The position numbers and the translations under genes were made by a program. Below, piece by piece: positions 63,455 through 64,000 of a stretch of 64,000 nucleotides of DNA (position 1 is its first letter; every line of letters starts with the position of its first letter). The stretch is from assembly GCA_030602885.1 (NCBI GenBank), contig JAUVYV010000018.1:327-64326 (forward strand), in the 5' to 3' direction. The DNA is from Phycisphaerales bacterium (GTDB lineage Bacteria; Planctomycetota; Phycisphaerae; Sedimentisphaerales; Anaerobacaceae). The notes under the pieces are model-generated. The model was not told the origin of the DNA. It saw only the letters and a list, made by a program, of their open reading frames with translations, and made no database searches.

Positions 63455-64000
63455 ATGAAGGTTTTGAGATTGGCCGTTATTTGTGTGACACTTACTGTTG
63501 CCACCGGTGTCGTTGCTGCCGAACGCACTTACGTAAACCCGGTCGGCGGCGATATCCGGATGGGCGACCCGTTCGTGATGAAATACAAGAACAGCTACTA
63601 TCTCTACGGCACAACCGCCGGCGACGGATTCAAATGCTGGAGCTCGGCCAATCTCGTGGATTGGAAACCCTTAGGTTACGCATACCGCAGAGCAGAAAGC
63701 TCCTGGGGCGGCAAGACCTACTGGGCGCCGGAAGTCGTTCACTACAAAGACAAGTTCTATATGGTCTTTAGCTGCCAGCCCGCCGAGACGGAAAAATTCT
63801 CGACCCGCATCTGCTTAGCCGTTAGCGACAATCCGCAGGGCCCGTTCAAAGACTATCGCGCGGCGCTGTTTGATTTGGGCTACTCCTGTATCGATGGTCA
63901 CATCTTCGTCGATGACAACGGCGCACCGTATCTGTTCTACGACAAGGTAGGTTCGGTCGGTGAGCCCTGGAAAGGTGCGGAACACGGCCACCTGTATGGA
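63455..64000 (+). CDS. Secreted glycoside hydrolase family 43 protein (partial; runs off the window).
   Basis: This ORF is not in the ORF track because it has no stop codon. An aaggag RBS is present and the signal peptide is MKVLRLAVICVTLTVATGVVAA. GDPFVMKYKNSYYLYGT...YWAPEVVHYKDKFYM...IDGHIF are GH43 five-bladed-propeller motifs. Confidence 0.75.
   Translation, partial: MKVLRLAVICVTLTVATGVVAAERTYVNPVGGDIRMGDPFVMKYKNSYYLYGTTAGDGFKCWSSANLVDWKPLGYAYRRAESSWGGKTYWAPEVVHYKDKFYMVFSCQPAETEKFSTRICLAVSDNPQGPFKDYRAALFDLGYSCIDGHIFVDDNGAPYLFYDKVGSVGEPWKGAEHGHLYG

Overview
This is a 64-kb chromosomal window from a high-GC bacterium (by eye well above 50% G+C). The gene content looks anaerobic: PFOR, a fused EtfBA with ETF-QO, and a corrinoid protein. 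Secreted GH78, GH43 and Kelch proteins carry dockerin-like modules, which suggests a PVC-superphylum (Planctomycetota/Phycisphaerae-like) organism; this is inference only.

The core content is:
- an etf cluster and a corrinoid protein
- an extended sigma-70 family factor
- two GH78 alpha-L-rhamnosidases
- a 7-gene ArsR-controlled metalloid/thiol operon (acr3, DUF318 permease, Tat-flavoprotein, Trx-like protein, Trx-2xTRASH protein, CcdA)
- comF, nagA, miaB, a DksA-like gene and pilT
- gyrA-holA, and rpiB with a tsaC/LMW-PTP fusion
- nifJ (PFOR) and a multi-PAS NarL-type two-component pair
- the pyrR-pyrB-pyrC-NYN operon, hflX and a partial GH43 gene

Three low-GC accessory modules stand out as candidate conflict (anti-phage or toxin) systems:
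1. 41.6-46.1 kb: a strongly AT-rich island with a translationally coupled pair, a 1TM + DUF4062/TIR-like protein and a 963-aa all-helical repeat protein with no recognisable enzymatic motif. A GIY-YIG gene and a truncated sigma-54 activator remnant lie beside it. This is my best candidate for an undescribed system.
2. 59.3-61.7 kb: a SpoIIAB-like GHKL ATPase/kinase, a DUF4325 STAS-like protein and a PIN-like nuclease, with STAS and PIN overlapping by 1 nt (preceded by two small ORFs).
3. 2.06-3.34 kb: a small ORF plus a TIR-domain protein, next to a DUF488 gene bracketed by about 140-bp direct repeats.

Each module abuts a long, gene-free, repeat-dense tract. These tracts contain 115-bp tandem repeats, dispersed 90-150-bp repeat families and 7-10-nt microrepeats. 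No rRNA, tRNA or CRISPR array was found.
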